Under the pieces are notes generated by a model. The model was not told the DNA's origin. It searched no databases and worked only from the letters and a program-made list of their open reading frames with translations. Below, one piece after another: positions 10,229 through 18,008 of a DNA stretch of 64,000 nucleotides (position 1 is its first letter; every line of letters starts with the position of its first letter). Position numbers and translations under genes: made by a program. The stretch is from Acidimicrobiia bacterium (GTDB lineage: Bacteria > Acidobacteriota > Vicinamibacteria > Vicinamibacterales > SCN-69-37), in NCBI GenBank assembly GCA_045862915.1, contig BTVE01000005.1, positions 21,970 through 85,969 of the forward strand, in the 5' to 3' direction.

Positions 10229-12178
10229 CTAGTGCACCTTTCTCGTCGACTGTTCCTTGGCTTCCGACCTCGGAGAGTGATGTGCGCTCGAGAATCCGGA
10301 GATGCCCGACGCAAGCAACTGGGCAGCAGACTCCAGCATCCGATGGTGATCCTTCTTGAAGTCCTCGCTGCCATAGAGAGCGGCCACGCCGAGCAGCGCC
10401 TCGCCGTCGATGACTGGGCAGACCAGAGCCGAGCGCAGGGGGACCGGAAGGGCTCGAGCTACCGGACCGATATCGAGCGCAGCATCCGAGTTGAAGACTG
10501 CCTGCCGATGGGCGTACGCCCAACCGCTGATTCGTTCGCCCACGGCAATTCGGATTGACTCGATTGTTGACGAACCCGATCCCGAGCAGTACATCGGCAT
10601 GAGTTCACTGTTCCCTTGCATCGGGACGTAGAAGACAACCGACGCGGCGGGGATGACCCGACGCACGTGGCGGAAGAACACTTCCACGGCCACATTCAGA
10701 GAGGCGGCCTTCGGAAGTTCGCGTCGCAGTTCTGCGAACTCGCGCTCCTCAGCCGTCGCGGCACTGATCACGTCAAGCGCAGGGCTCCGAGAGGTCCTGA
10801 CCAGACCAGCTTCTGCTGCCACGTTCCGACCTTCCGCTTCGTCGATCTCTTCGAGCTTGTCGAGGATTTCCACGAAGCCGTCTACAACCCACGGGTCGTA
10901 CATTGAACCGCGTCGGTCAAGCAGTATTTGCTCAGCCTGCTGTCTGGTCATCCGTGGTCGATAGGGGCGATCGGAGGTCAACGCATCATAGCAGTCGACC
11001 ACCGACAGTATCCGCGCGCCGAGGGGGATTTCTTGACCCCTCAGACCATCGGGGTAGCCGCGACCATCCCAGTTCTCGTGGTGGTGCCTGACGATGGGCG
11101 CGACAGGATAGGGAAAGTCGATGCTCTTGAGGATGTTGGCGCCGACCGCCGCGTGTTCCTTCATCTTCTCGAACTCGGACGGCGTCAACGGGCCCGGCTT
11201 GTTCAGGATGTACTCCGGAATTGCAAGCTTTCCCGTATCGTGCAACAAGGCCGCGGCTTCGATCGCCCTCAGTTGCTTCTCGTCTTTCACGCCGAGATGC
11301 CTGGCGACCTCCATCGTGTACTGCTGCACTCGGCGGATGTGGCCGTGTGTCACCTGATCCTTGGCATCAATGGCCATTGCGAAGGCCTTGATGGTCGACA
11401 TGTGCACGCGTTCGATGGCTTCCAATCGTTCCTGTATTTCGTCGACCTGCCTTGCTGATTGCCGATACGTCAGGTAGAAGACCGCCATCAACGGAATGAT
11501 TACCAGTAGTCGCAGCGACACGTTCTCAGCGTCGCCAGATGCAATCAGTGACGCAATCGAAGCCCCAGCGAGGTAGTTGACGCCGAGGTGTTTGATGCCC
11601 CACCAGGTAATCCCGATATCTCTCAATATCGTGCCGACAGTGCTCGAGCGTGTCAGGGCGATCGCCGTCGACACCAGCGCAGCGTTCAATGAGAAGTAGA
11701 GAACGGTGAAGACGACCAATCCGTACGCGAATGTCCAGCCAGCGCTTGCAAGCGTCAACGGGGAGGGCCCCGCGATCGCATGCAATGCGTATGATGCCAA
11801 CCACACTGAAAGGGGCGGTGCAGCAAGATTAAACGGTGTTTGGACGGTATCGAGACGGCGTTTCGTGTACCAGATCTTGGCTGACAGGACGATTGCGTCG
11901 AGCAGTACAAGAACGGTGCCGACGGCTTGGCCGTAGATTAGCGTGCCCGAGAATACAAACGTTTCTGAGACAGAGAATCTGGCACCAATCGACTGAAAAC
12001 GTACCGACAAGAAGCCGGAGAAGAGCGTCAGCAGTGTGAGGTAATACCAGTCGTTCCCAGGCGGGTGCGTGAAGAACACGCTGCGCACGCTTGCAATGGA
12101 AGCTGCAACGCCGGCAATGATAACCAGACCGACGTATACAAGTGCCCGAACTGGATAGGTACTGGAAGGGCTGGCCAT
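10229..12178 (-). CDS. Membrane-bound HD-GYP phosphodiesterase with about 7 N-terminal TM helices and C-terminal GAF-like domain
   Basis: Hydrophobic first ~240 aa; LLHDTGK, HHENWDGRGYPDGL, DCYDALTSDRPYR; C-terminal GERISGW...SALVCPV. Confidence 0.9.
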   Translation of the reverse strand: MASPSSTYPVRALVYVGLVIIAGVAASIASVRSVFFTHPPGNDWYYLTLLTLFSGFLSVRFQSIGARFSVSETFVFSGTLIYGQAVGTVLVLLDAIVLSAKIWYTKRRLDTVQTPFNLAAPPLSVWLASYALHAIAGPSPLTLASAGWTFAYGLVVFTVLYFSLNAALVSTAIALTRSSTVGTILRDIGITWWGIKHLGVNYLAGASIASLIASGDAENVSLRLLVIIPLMAVFYLTYRQSARQVDEIQERLEAIERVHMSTIKAFAMAIDAKDQVTHGHIRRVQQYTMEVARHLGVKDEKQLRAIEAAALLHDTGKLAIPEYILNKPGPLTPSEFEKMKEHAAVGANILKSIDFPYPVAPIVRHHHENWDGRGYPDGLRGQEIPLGARILSVVDCYDALTSDRPYRPRMTRQQAEQILLDRRGSMYDPWVVDGFVEILDKLEEIDEAEGRNVAAEAGLVRTSRSPALDVISAATAEEREFAELRRELPKAASLNVAVEVFFRHVRRVIPAASVVFYVPMQGNSELMPMYCSGSGSSTIESIRIAVGERISGWAYAHRQAVFNSDAALDIGPVARALPVPLRSALVCPVIDGEALLGVAALYGSEDFKKDHHRMLESAAQLLASGISGFSSAHHSPRSEAKEQSTRKVH

Positions 12179-12194
12179 GGGGGAGTCATGGCAG

Positions 12195-12229
12195 GCAATC
12201 CAAGGCAGGTGGTAGCCCGCCTTGGTTGC
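12195..12229 (-). terminator. Intergenic stem-loop (mRNA stabiliser or partial terminator)
   Basis: GCAACCAAGGCGGG-CTACCA-CCTGCCTTGGATTGC, ~14-bp stem with one GU pair and one bulge; no U-tract. Confidence 0.5.
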
Positions 12230-12262
12230 TTAGCTCCAAACGATAATCGAGCGAATCACCAT
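12230..12262 (-). CDS. Small peptide ORF MVIRSIIVWS (10 aa), putative signal-peptide precursor
   Basis: GGAG-acagac-ATG GTG ATT CGC TCG ATT ATC GTT TGG AGC TAA, between the subtilase and the HD-GYP gene. Confidence 0.6.
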   Translation of the reverse strand: MVIRSIIVWS

Positions 12263-12307
12263 GTCTGTCTCCGAGAGTCCGGTGGATTCTTGCTTGCCTT
12301 GTGAGCC

Positions 12308-14188
12308 CTAGTTGTCCCACACCATGGTGTTGTCCCAGACCATGGTGTTGTCCCACACCATCGTCTGGCCCCAGAAGTGCGAGTTGTCCCACACCATGGT
12401 GTTGTCCCAGACCATGGTGTTGTCCCACACCATCGTCTGCCCCCAGAAGTGGGAGTTGTCCCAGACCATGGTGTTATCCCAGACCATGGTGTTGTCCCAG
12501 ACCATGGTGTTGTCCCACACCATGGTGTTGTCCCACACCATCGTCTCGCCCCACAGCGTTACGTTTCCTGGGATGGTCTTGTTGTCCCAGACCATGGTGT
12601 TGTCCCACACCATCGTCTGACCCCAGGTCGACGCCTGGCCGAAGGTAATGCCGCTGGCCCACGCCTGTTCGCCACCGATGGTGTTGGTCAGGTCGAGGCG
12701 GTTGATGTTGCGGTTCTTGGCGAAGCGGACAGCCAGCGCCACGTTCATGCTGCCGGCGCCCTGCTTGACCAGGCCCACGCCCGGCAGGTGCTGCGCGGTG
12801 AGTTGCAGCGCGGTTTTCACTTCAAACGGCGTGAGGTCAGGACGCGCCTGCAGCACCAACGCGGCGGCACCGCTGGTCGCCGCAGCGGCCATGCTGGTGC
12901 CCGAGAGCCACATGTACGACCCGCCGCGCGCGCCAATCACGCGACGATCGCGAAGGTCAGGATTGCGCCACAACGTCGACCCGGTCGGAATGGCCGACAC
13001 GATCTTGTTGCCCGGCGCGAGAAGGTCCGGCTTGAGCAGCGCATTGGCCGGCAACTGTGACGGGTCTTGCGGCGCCGGCGTGCCGGGATCAACCACCGGA
13101 CCAGCCGAGCTGAACGTTGCAGGCGTGTCGTCGCTGCGGAACACCGTGCCGTTGGTGTTGAGCGCGCCCGCCGTCAGTGCATACGGCGAGTAGCCCGGCG
13201 ACACGATGGAGGCCAACACCGGTTTGTGATCTTCCGTGCGGCCCAGGTTGCCGGCCGACGCCACGACCACCAGACCCGACTCAACCGCGCGCTTGACCGC
13301 GTCCGCGAGTGGATCCTCGCGATACGGCTGACCCGCGGGGTGCCCCAGCGAGAGATTCAGGATGCGGACGTCGTAAAACTCGCGATACCGGATGAAGTGA
13401 TCGATTGCCTCGATGACGTCCGCCACATAGCCGGACCCATCAGCGCCGAGCACCTTGGCACTGACCAGCGTCGCGCCGGGCGCCATGCCCGTATACGCCG
13501 CCGTGTTCGTGCCATTCTCACGCGACCAGCCACGGCTGCCGTCACCACTGCCGGCGATGATGCCCGCCACGTGGGTGCCGTGTCCGTACTCGTCATCGCC
13601 GCCCCAACGCAGGCCCTCACCCGTAAAGTCGAGGCGCGCGCTCACGCGGTTGCGCAGGTCGCCGTGATTGGCAATGCCTGAGTCGATGACCGCAACGCCA
13701 ATACCGAGACCCGTGGTGCCGCCATACGACGAACCGTTGGCACCCTGCCACACCTGGTTGGCACCGGTGGCCTGCGAGGTCACCGCCATCATCGAATACA
13801 CGCGAACGTTCTCGATGATGCCCGACACCTGCGGATCGTTGGCGAGCTCGTCAATCTGGTCCGCCGTGCCTTCAAACAGGCCGCCGATGATCATCCGCTT
13901 CATCAGACGCACGCCGTACTTGCGGCCGAGACGATCCACCACGGACTGGGGCGCGGTCAGCACCACCTGGAACAACTGCTGCTCGGCGCGTGAGGTCCGC
14001 GCATTCCACGCCGCGCGGTACCGATTCGATTTGGCCGAGGCGATCTTGGAGGCCAGCTCGGGAGACATCCGCCGACGCCAGTCGGCCGACGCCGTCGCCG
14101 GTGTGAGCAATCCGAAGATCAGGGCTGCGCCAAGAATGCCGGCCAGCGCGCGACCTACACGACGAGTAGAAGGGTTGTTGACGTCCAT
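12308..14188 (-). CDS. Secreted S8 subtilisin-like serine protease with C-terminal Trp hexapeptide repeats
   Basis: Signal peptide (...LIFGLLTPATASA), propeptide-like region, triad VAVIDSG / HGTHVAG / GTSMAA, SAGN oxyanion. Start at ATG 14188, since the track's extension covers the promoter. Confidence 0.92.
   Translation of the reverse strand: MDVNNPSTRRVGRALAGILGAALIFGLLTPATASADWRRRMSPELASKIASAKSNRYRAAWNARTSRAEQQLFQVVLTAPQSVVDRLGRKYGVRLMKRMIIGGLFEGTADQIDELANDPQVSGIIENVRVYSMMAVTSQATGANQVWQGANGSSYGGTTGLGIGVAVIDSGIANHGDLRNRVSARLDFTGEGLRWGGDDEYGHGTHVAGIIAGSGDGSRGWSRENGTNTAAYTGMAPGATLVSAKVLGADGSGYVADVIEAIDHFIRYREFYDVRILNLSLGHPAGQPYREDPLADAVKRAVESGLVVVASAGNLGRTEDHKPVLASIVSPGYSPYALTAGALNTNGTVFRSDDTPATFSSAGPVVDPGTPAPQDPSQLPANALLKPDLLAPGNKIVSAIPTGSTLWRNPDLRDRRVIGARGGSYMWLSGTSMAAAATSGAAALVLQARPDLTPFEVKTALQLTAQHLPGVGLVKQGAGSMNVALAVRFAKNRNINRLDLTNTIGGEQAWASGITFGQASTWGQTMVWDNTMVWDNKTIPGNVTLWGETMVWDNTMVWDNTMVWDNTMVWDNTMVWDNSHFWGQTMVWDNTMVWDNTMVWDNSHFWGQTMVWDNTMVWDNTMVWDN
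12311..12634 (-). repeat. Coding 18-bp tandem repeat: 13 x TMVWDN with xxxWG[QE] spacers, including a duplicated 72-bp block
   Basis: AC[CG]ATGGT[GC]TGGGA[CT]AAC units; 12311-12382 and 12383-12454 differ only at synonymous sites. Confidence 0.95.
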
Positions 14189-14214
14189 AATTACGCTCGT
14201 TGACGTTTGCCTAC

Positions 14215-14229
14215 GCAGGTACCGCACCA
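14215..14229 (-). promoter_or_regulatory. Sigma-54 (-24/-12)-like promoter of the subtilase operon
   Basis: TGGTGCGGTACCTGC with GG-N10-GC spacing, 26 nt upstream of ATG 14188. Confidence 0.6.
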
Positions 14230-14422
14230 CACAACTGCACGATGAAGATTTCGTAAAACGCTGACAGTACTGCACTTGCTGTTCGGCCACGATTCGATCA
14301 CGCGTCGCGACTTCGCAGTGGCGAAGCGGTCGTCACCCGTAAGTCGTGAAACTGCACCATAATACGCCCGTTCAGGACGGTACGCCACAGGAGAATCTGC
14401 TCAGCCAGCACTGAGGTTACTC

Positions 14423-16126
14423 ATGCCCACAATCCACTCGATCCGGCCTGTCAGAACGTTGTTTTGCCTTTTGTTTGCCGTTGCCGCTGCGCACTGTAGT
14501 GGGGGGGCTGGTACTCCACAACAGGTTGGGGGAGGGACACTCAAGGCGAGTTACCGCACCGAACCCACCAACTACATCCGGATGGCGGTCTCCCCGTCCG
14601 CACCGAACCACACGGTCAGCCTCCTCACCCAGGCAACCCTGGTCCGGACGTCACCAACGGGCGAGTTGGAGCCCCGCCTCGCGCAGAAGTGGACCATGTC
14701 GCCCGATGGGCTGACCTGGACACTCGACCTGCACCCGGAGGCGAAGTTTTCGGACGGCACGCCGCTGACCGCAGCCGACGTCCTGTTCACCCTGGCCGCC
14801 GTCGAGGGCCTGCCGGCCGCCGGCGACTTCACCGTGGAGGGGAAACCCGTCACCGCGCGCGCCCTCAGTGACCACCAGGTCGCCATCGTCTTCCCCGCGC
14901 CGTACGGCCCGGGCCTCGCGATGTTCGAAAACCTGTTCATCCTGCCCAGGCACAAGCTGGAATCCGCAAGAGCCAACCACACGTTGCCGACAGTCTGGGC
15001 CGTGGGCACGCTCCCGGCGGAGATCGTCGGCGCCGGCCCCTTCGTCGTGAAGGACCACGTGCCCGGTCAGCGCTTCCGCTTCGAACGCAATCCGCACTAC
15101 TTCATGAAGGACAACGAGGGCCGTCAGCTCCCGTACCTGGACGCCATCGACCTGTCGATCATCCCGGAATACGACGCCGAGATGGCGCGCCTGCTCGCCG
15201 GTGAAACGGATGTGGTCACCGACGCGGCCGCGCTCGAAGACCTCGCCTCACTCCAGGCGGCCGCGAAGGACGGTCGCATCAAATTGGCCGACGCCGGTCC
15301 CGCCATCGACGTCACCACGTTCTGGATCGACCTGAGTCCTCAAGCGCAGAGCCGCGGCGACAAGCCGTGGGTGCAGAAGCCGGAGTTTCGACGAGCCATT
15401 TCACACGCCGTCAATCGCCAGGCCATCGTCGACACGGTGTACTTCGGACAGGCCCTGCCGGCCTACGGCCCGATTACGCCGGGCCATGGTCCCTGGCACG
15501 TCGCAGATCTGCCGACCACGCCTTTTGACCAGGCGCGCGCGAAATCGCTGCTGTCGTCCATCGGTCTCACGGACCGGAACGGCGATGGCCAGCTGGAGGA
15601 CGAACGGGGCCGCCCGGCGCGTTTCAGCGTACTCAACCGCGCGGGTCTCCCGGATCGTGAGCGCACGCTGGCGATCGTCCAGGAGCATCTGCGCCAGATC
15701 GGTGTCGTCCTCGATATCGTGAACGTGAGTCAGCCGGAATTGCTCGACCGCATGACCAAACATGCCTACGAAGCCATCTACTTCGGCGGTCGCGCGCCGT
15801 CCCTGCAGCCGAATGCCTCCTTCTGGACGAGCCAGGGAGGCTTCCACTACTGGCATCCGGGACAGCCGACGCCGTCGACGCCGTGGGAAGCGCGGATCGA
15901 TGAGCTCTTTCGTCAGCAGGCCACGACCGTGGACGGCCCGGCACGCGTGCGCCTCTTTGCTGAGATGCAGCGTCTGCTCGCCGACAACCTGCCTGCCGTC
16001 TGGTTCGTGGCGCCGCGGGTCATCATCCCGGTCAGTGGTCGCGTGAACGGCGCGGTGCCGCGGATCTTCTTCCCGCCGATCCTCTGGAACGCGGATCGCC
16101 TCTCGGTGTCGAGCGGAGGGCAGTGA
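14423..16126 (+). CDS. ABC transporter substrate-binding lipoprotein, family 5 (peptide/nickel)
   Basis: Lipobox-like AAHC; FSDGTPLTAADVLFT, GAGPFVV, FERNPHY. Confidence 0.9.
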   Translation: MPTIHSIRPVRTLFCLLFAVAAAHCSGGAGTPQQVGGGTLKASYRTEPTNYIRMAVSPSAPNHTVSLLTQATLVRTSPTGELEPRLAQKWTMSPDGLTWTLDLHPEAKFSDGTPLTAADVLFTLAAVEGLPAAGDFTVEGKPVTARALSDHQVAIVFPAPYGPGLAMFENLFILPRHKLESARANHTLPTVWAVGTLPAEIVGAGPFVVKDHVPGQRFRFERNPHYFMKDNEGRQLPYLDAIDLSIIPEYDAEMARLLAGETDVVTDAAALEDLASLQAAAKDGRIKLADAGPAIDVTTFWIDLSPQAQSRGDKPWVQKPEFRRAISHAVNRQAIVDTVYFGQALPAYGPITPGHGPWHVADLPTTPFDQARAKSLLSSIGLTDRNGDGQLEDERGRPARFSVLNRAGLPDRERTLAIVQEHLRQIGVVLDIVNVSQPELLDRMTKHAYEAIYFGGRAPSLQPNASFWTSQGGFHYWHPGQPTPSTPWEARIDELFRQQATTVDGPARVRLFAEMQRLLADNLPAVWFVAPRVIIPVSGRVNGAVPRIFFPPILWNADRLSVSSGGQ

Positions 16127-17046
16127 CGCCGACGTGGGTGCGGTTTGTCGCGCGCCGCGCGGCCGCCGGCGTCGTGTTCGTCCTGTTCGTCTCCACGTGT
16201 GCCTTCACGCTCGCACGACTTGCGCCGGGCGACGAAACCACCGGTGACCGGCTTGCCGGCGTGTCCGACGATGTCATTGCCGCGCGCCGCGCAGAGCTGG
16301 GCCTCGACGATCCCGTCATCGTCCAGACCGCACGCTGGGTCGCGGGCCTCCTGACGCTCAACCTTGGCGAGTCGTCGTCGTATCGGCGTCCCGTTCGCGA
16401 TCTCGTGATTGAACGAGGCGCCAACACCGCATGGCTCGCGACGCTGGCTTTCTCGCTGGCCGCGTTGCTCGGGATTCCCGCGGGCATCTTCACGGGGGCG
16501 CATCACCGCCATCCACTCGCGCGGCTGATTACGGCAATCTCTCTTCTGCTGGTGGCATGCCCGCCGCTCATTGGCGCGCTGGGCCTCTTGTACCTCGGTG
16601 TGCTGACCGGTGTGCCGTCGACCGCGCAGGGCGCTCTGGCGTTGCCCACCATTGCGCTGGGCCTGCCGTTGGCGGCCATGCTCGAGCGTCTGCAGTCACA
16701 GGCGACGCGTGAGGTGATGGAGGCCGGTGGCATTCGCGCCGCCGCCGCGCGCGGGATTCCGCCTTCGCGCCTGGTCTGGCGTCACGCCGCGCGTCAGGCC
16801 CTGCGCCCGGTTCTCGGCGTGCTTGGCATCGTCATCGGCACGTTGTTCAGCGGATCGCTTGCAGTCGAACTGGTCGCCTCATGGCCCGGGCTCGGACGAC
16901 TATTGCTGGATGGTGTCCAGTCGGGCGACGTCACACTCATTGCCGGATGTGTATGGGCCGGCGCGATCTGCCTCGCGGTCGGAAATCTCGCAGCGGACCT
17001 GCTGGCGGCGCTTGTTGATCCACGCATCGCGGAGCGGGTGTCGTGA
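16123..17046 (+). CDS. Peptide ABC permease (OppB/DppB-like)
   Basis: LAPGD, LGLDDP, NLGESSSYRRPV, AAARG, WPGLGRLL, VDPRI. Confidence 0.88.
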   Translation: MTPTWVRFVARRAAAGVVFVLFVSTCAFTLARLAPGDETTGDRLAGVSDDVIAARRAELGLDDPVIVQTARWVAGLLTLNLGESSSYRRPVRDLVIERGANTAWLATLAFSLAALLGIPAGIFTGAHHRHPLARLITAISLLLVACPPLIGALGLLYLGVLTGVPSTAQGALALPTIALGLPLAAMLERLQSQATREVMEAGGIRAAAARGIPPSRLVWRHAARQALRPVLGVLGIVIGTLFSGSLAVELVASWPGLGRLLLDGVQSGDVTLIAGCVWAGAICLAVGNLAADLLAALVDPRIAERVS

Positions 17047-17996
17047 TCCGCGCGGCGTGGATCATGGTGGCCGTCATCGCCACGGCAACCCTGGCCGCCG
17101 ACTGGATCGCACCGCACGCGCCCTGGCAACAGTTCCCGGATCGTGCCTGGGCGCCGCCCATGCGCATTCATCTGCGTGACGCCAGCGGATGGCACGCACC
17201 GTTTGTTTATCGCCAGGTCCTTCGCGATCCCATCACCCGCGCCTTTGACGATGACACCACGGAGCGAATTCCGCTGCGCTGGTTCACCGAAGGACGTCTG
17301 GTGTCGGTCGACGATGCCCACGCACCGCTGCTGCTGCTCGGCGCCGATGCGCTGGGGCGGGACGTCTGGTCACGCCTTCTGCACGGCGCGCGCCTGTCGC
17401 TTGGGGTCGCGCTGGCCGGCGCCGCCGCAGCGTTGTGGCTGGGACTCTGGATTGGCGCGGCGGCCGGCATGTGGCGCGGCTGGCCGGACGTCATCATCAG
17501 CGGCGTCGCCGACCTGCTGATCGTGCTGCCGAGTGTGTACCTCGTCTTTCTCATGCGCGCGGCCGTGCCGCTCACACTCGATGCACCTGCCGTGTTCGGA
17601 TTGTTGACCCTGCTGTTTGCCGTGGCGGGCTGGCCGCATGTCGCGCGCGGGGTTCGCGCCGTCACGATGGTGGAACGTGAGAAGGAGTACGTCGAGGCCG
17701 CGCGGGCGGCCGGCGCGGGACGCTGGCGGCTGCTCAGACATGTGATGCCCGCGTCGTTCGGCTTTCTGCGAGCGGAGGCCGTCCTCCTGGTGCCGGCGTT
17801 TCTGGTCGCGGAGTCCACGATCTCGTACCTGGGGCTCGGCTTCCTCGAACCCACGCCCAGCTGGGGCTCGATGTTGCGCGACGCTGCCAGCCTCTCGGCC
17901 ATGCAACGCGCGCCGTGGCTGCTGACGCCGGCCCTGTCGCTGTTCGTCGTGGTCTTCCTCGTGCAGCGGCTCTCCCGCGGTCCGTGGCGAGCGTGA
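17043..17996 (+). CDS. Peptide ABC permease (OppC/DppC-like)
   Basis: LGADALGRDVWSRLLHGARLSL, EYVEAARAAG, YLGLG..PTPSWG. Confidence 0.88.
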   Translation: MIRAAWIMVAVIATATLAADWIAPHAPWQQFPDRAWAPPMRIHLRDASGWHAPFVYRQVLRDPITRAFDDDTTERIPLRWFTEGRLVSVDDAHAPLLLLGADALGRDVWSRLLHGARLSLGVALAGAAAALWLGLWIGAAAGMWRGWPDVIISGVADLLIVLPSVYLVFLMRAAVPLTLDAPAVFGLLTLLFAVAGWPHVARGVRAVTMVEREKEYVEAARAAGAGRWRLLRHVMPASFGFLRAEAVLLVPAFLVAESTISYLGLGFLEPTPSWGSMLRDAASLSAMQRAPWLLTPALSLFVVVFLVQRLSRGPWRA

Positions 17997-18008
17997 TACT
18001 TTCCCCGC

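Noticed and set aside
12311-12634. CRISPR array
   Set aside because: The 18-bp units are contiguous, lack unique spacers, stay in frame within a CDS and vary synonymously; no cas genes.
12186-12662. His-rich GQHHG[VL] and antisense SHTMVL / CPTPWC repeat ORFs
   Set aside because: Alternate-frame readings of the TMVWDN repeat; the His-rich frame is broken by a stop at 12474 created by a synonymous GAC-to-GAT change.
12308-14188. Triceptide-type RiPP precursor (W-x-N cyclophane motif in WDN)
   Set aside because: No radical SAM or other modifying enzyme in the window; modification in trans cannot be excluded.
14189-14290. 34-aa N-terminal extension of the subtilase in the ORF track
   Set aside because: It would bury the signal peptide and overlaps the sigma-54-like promoter.
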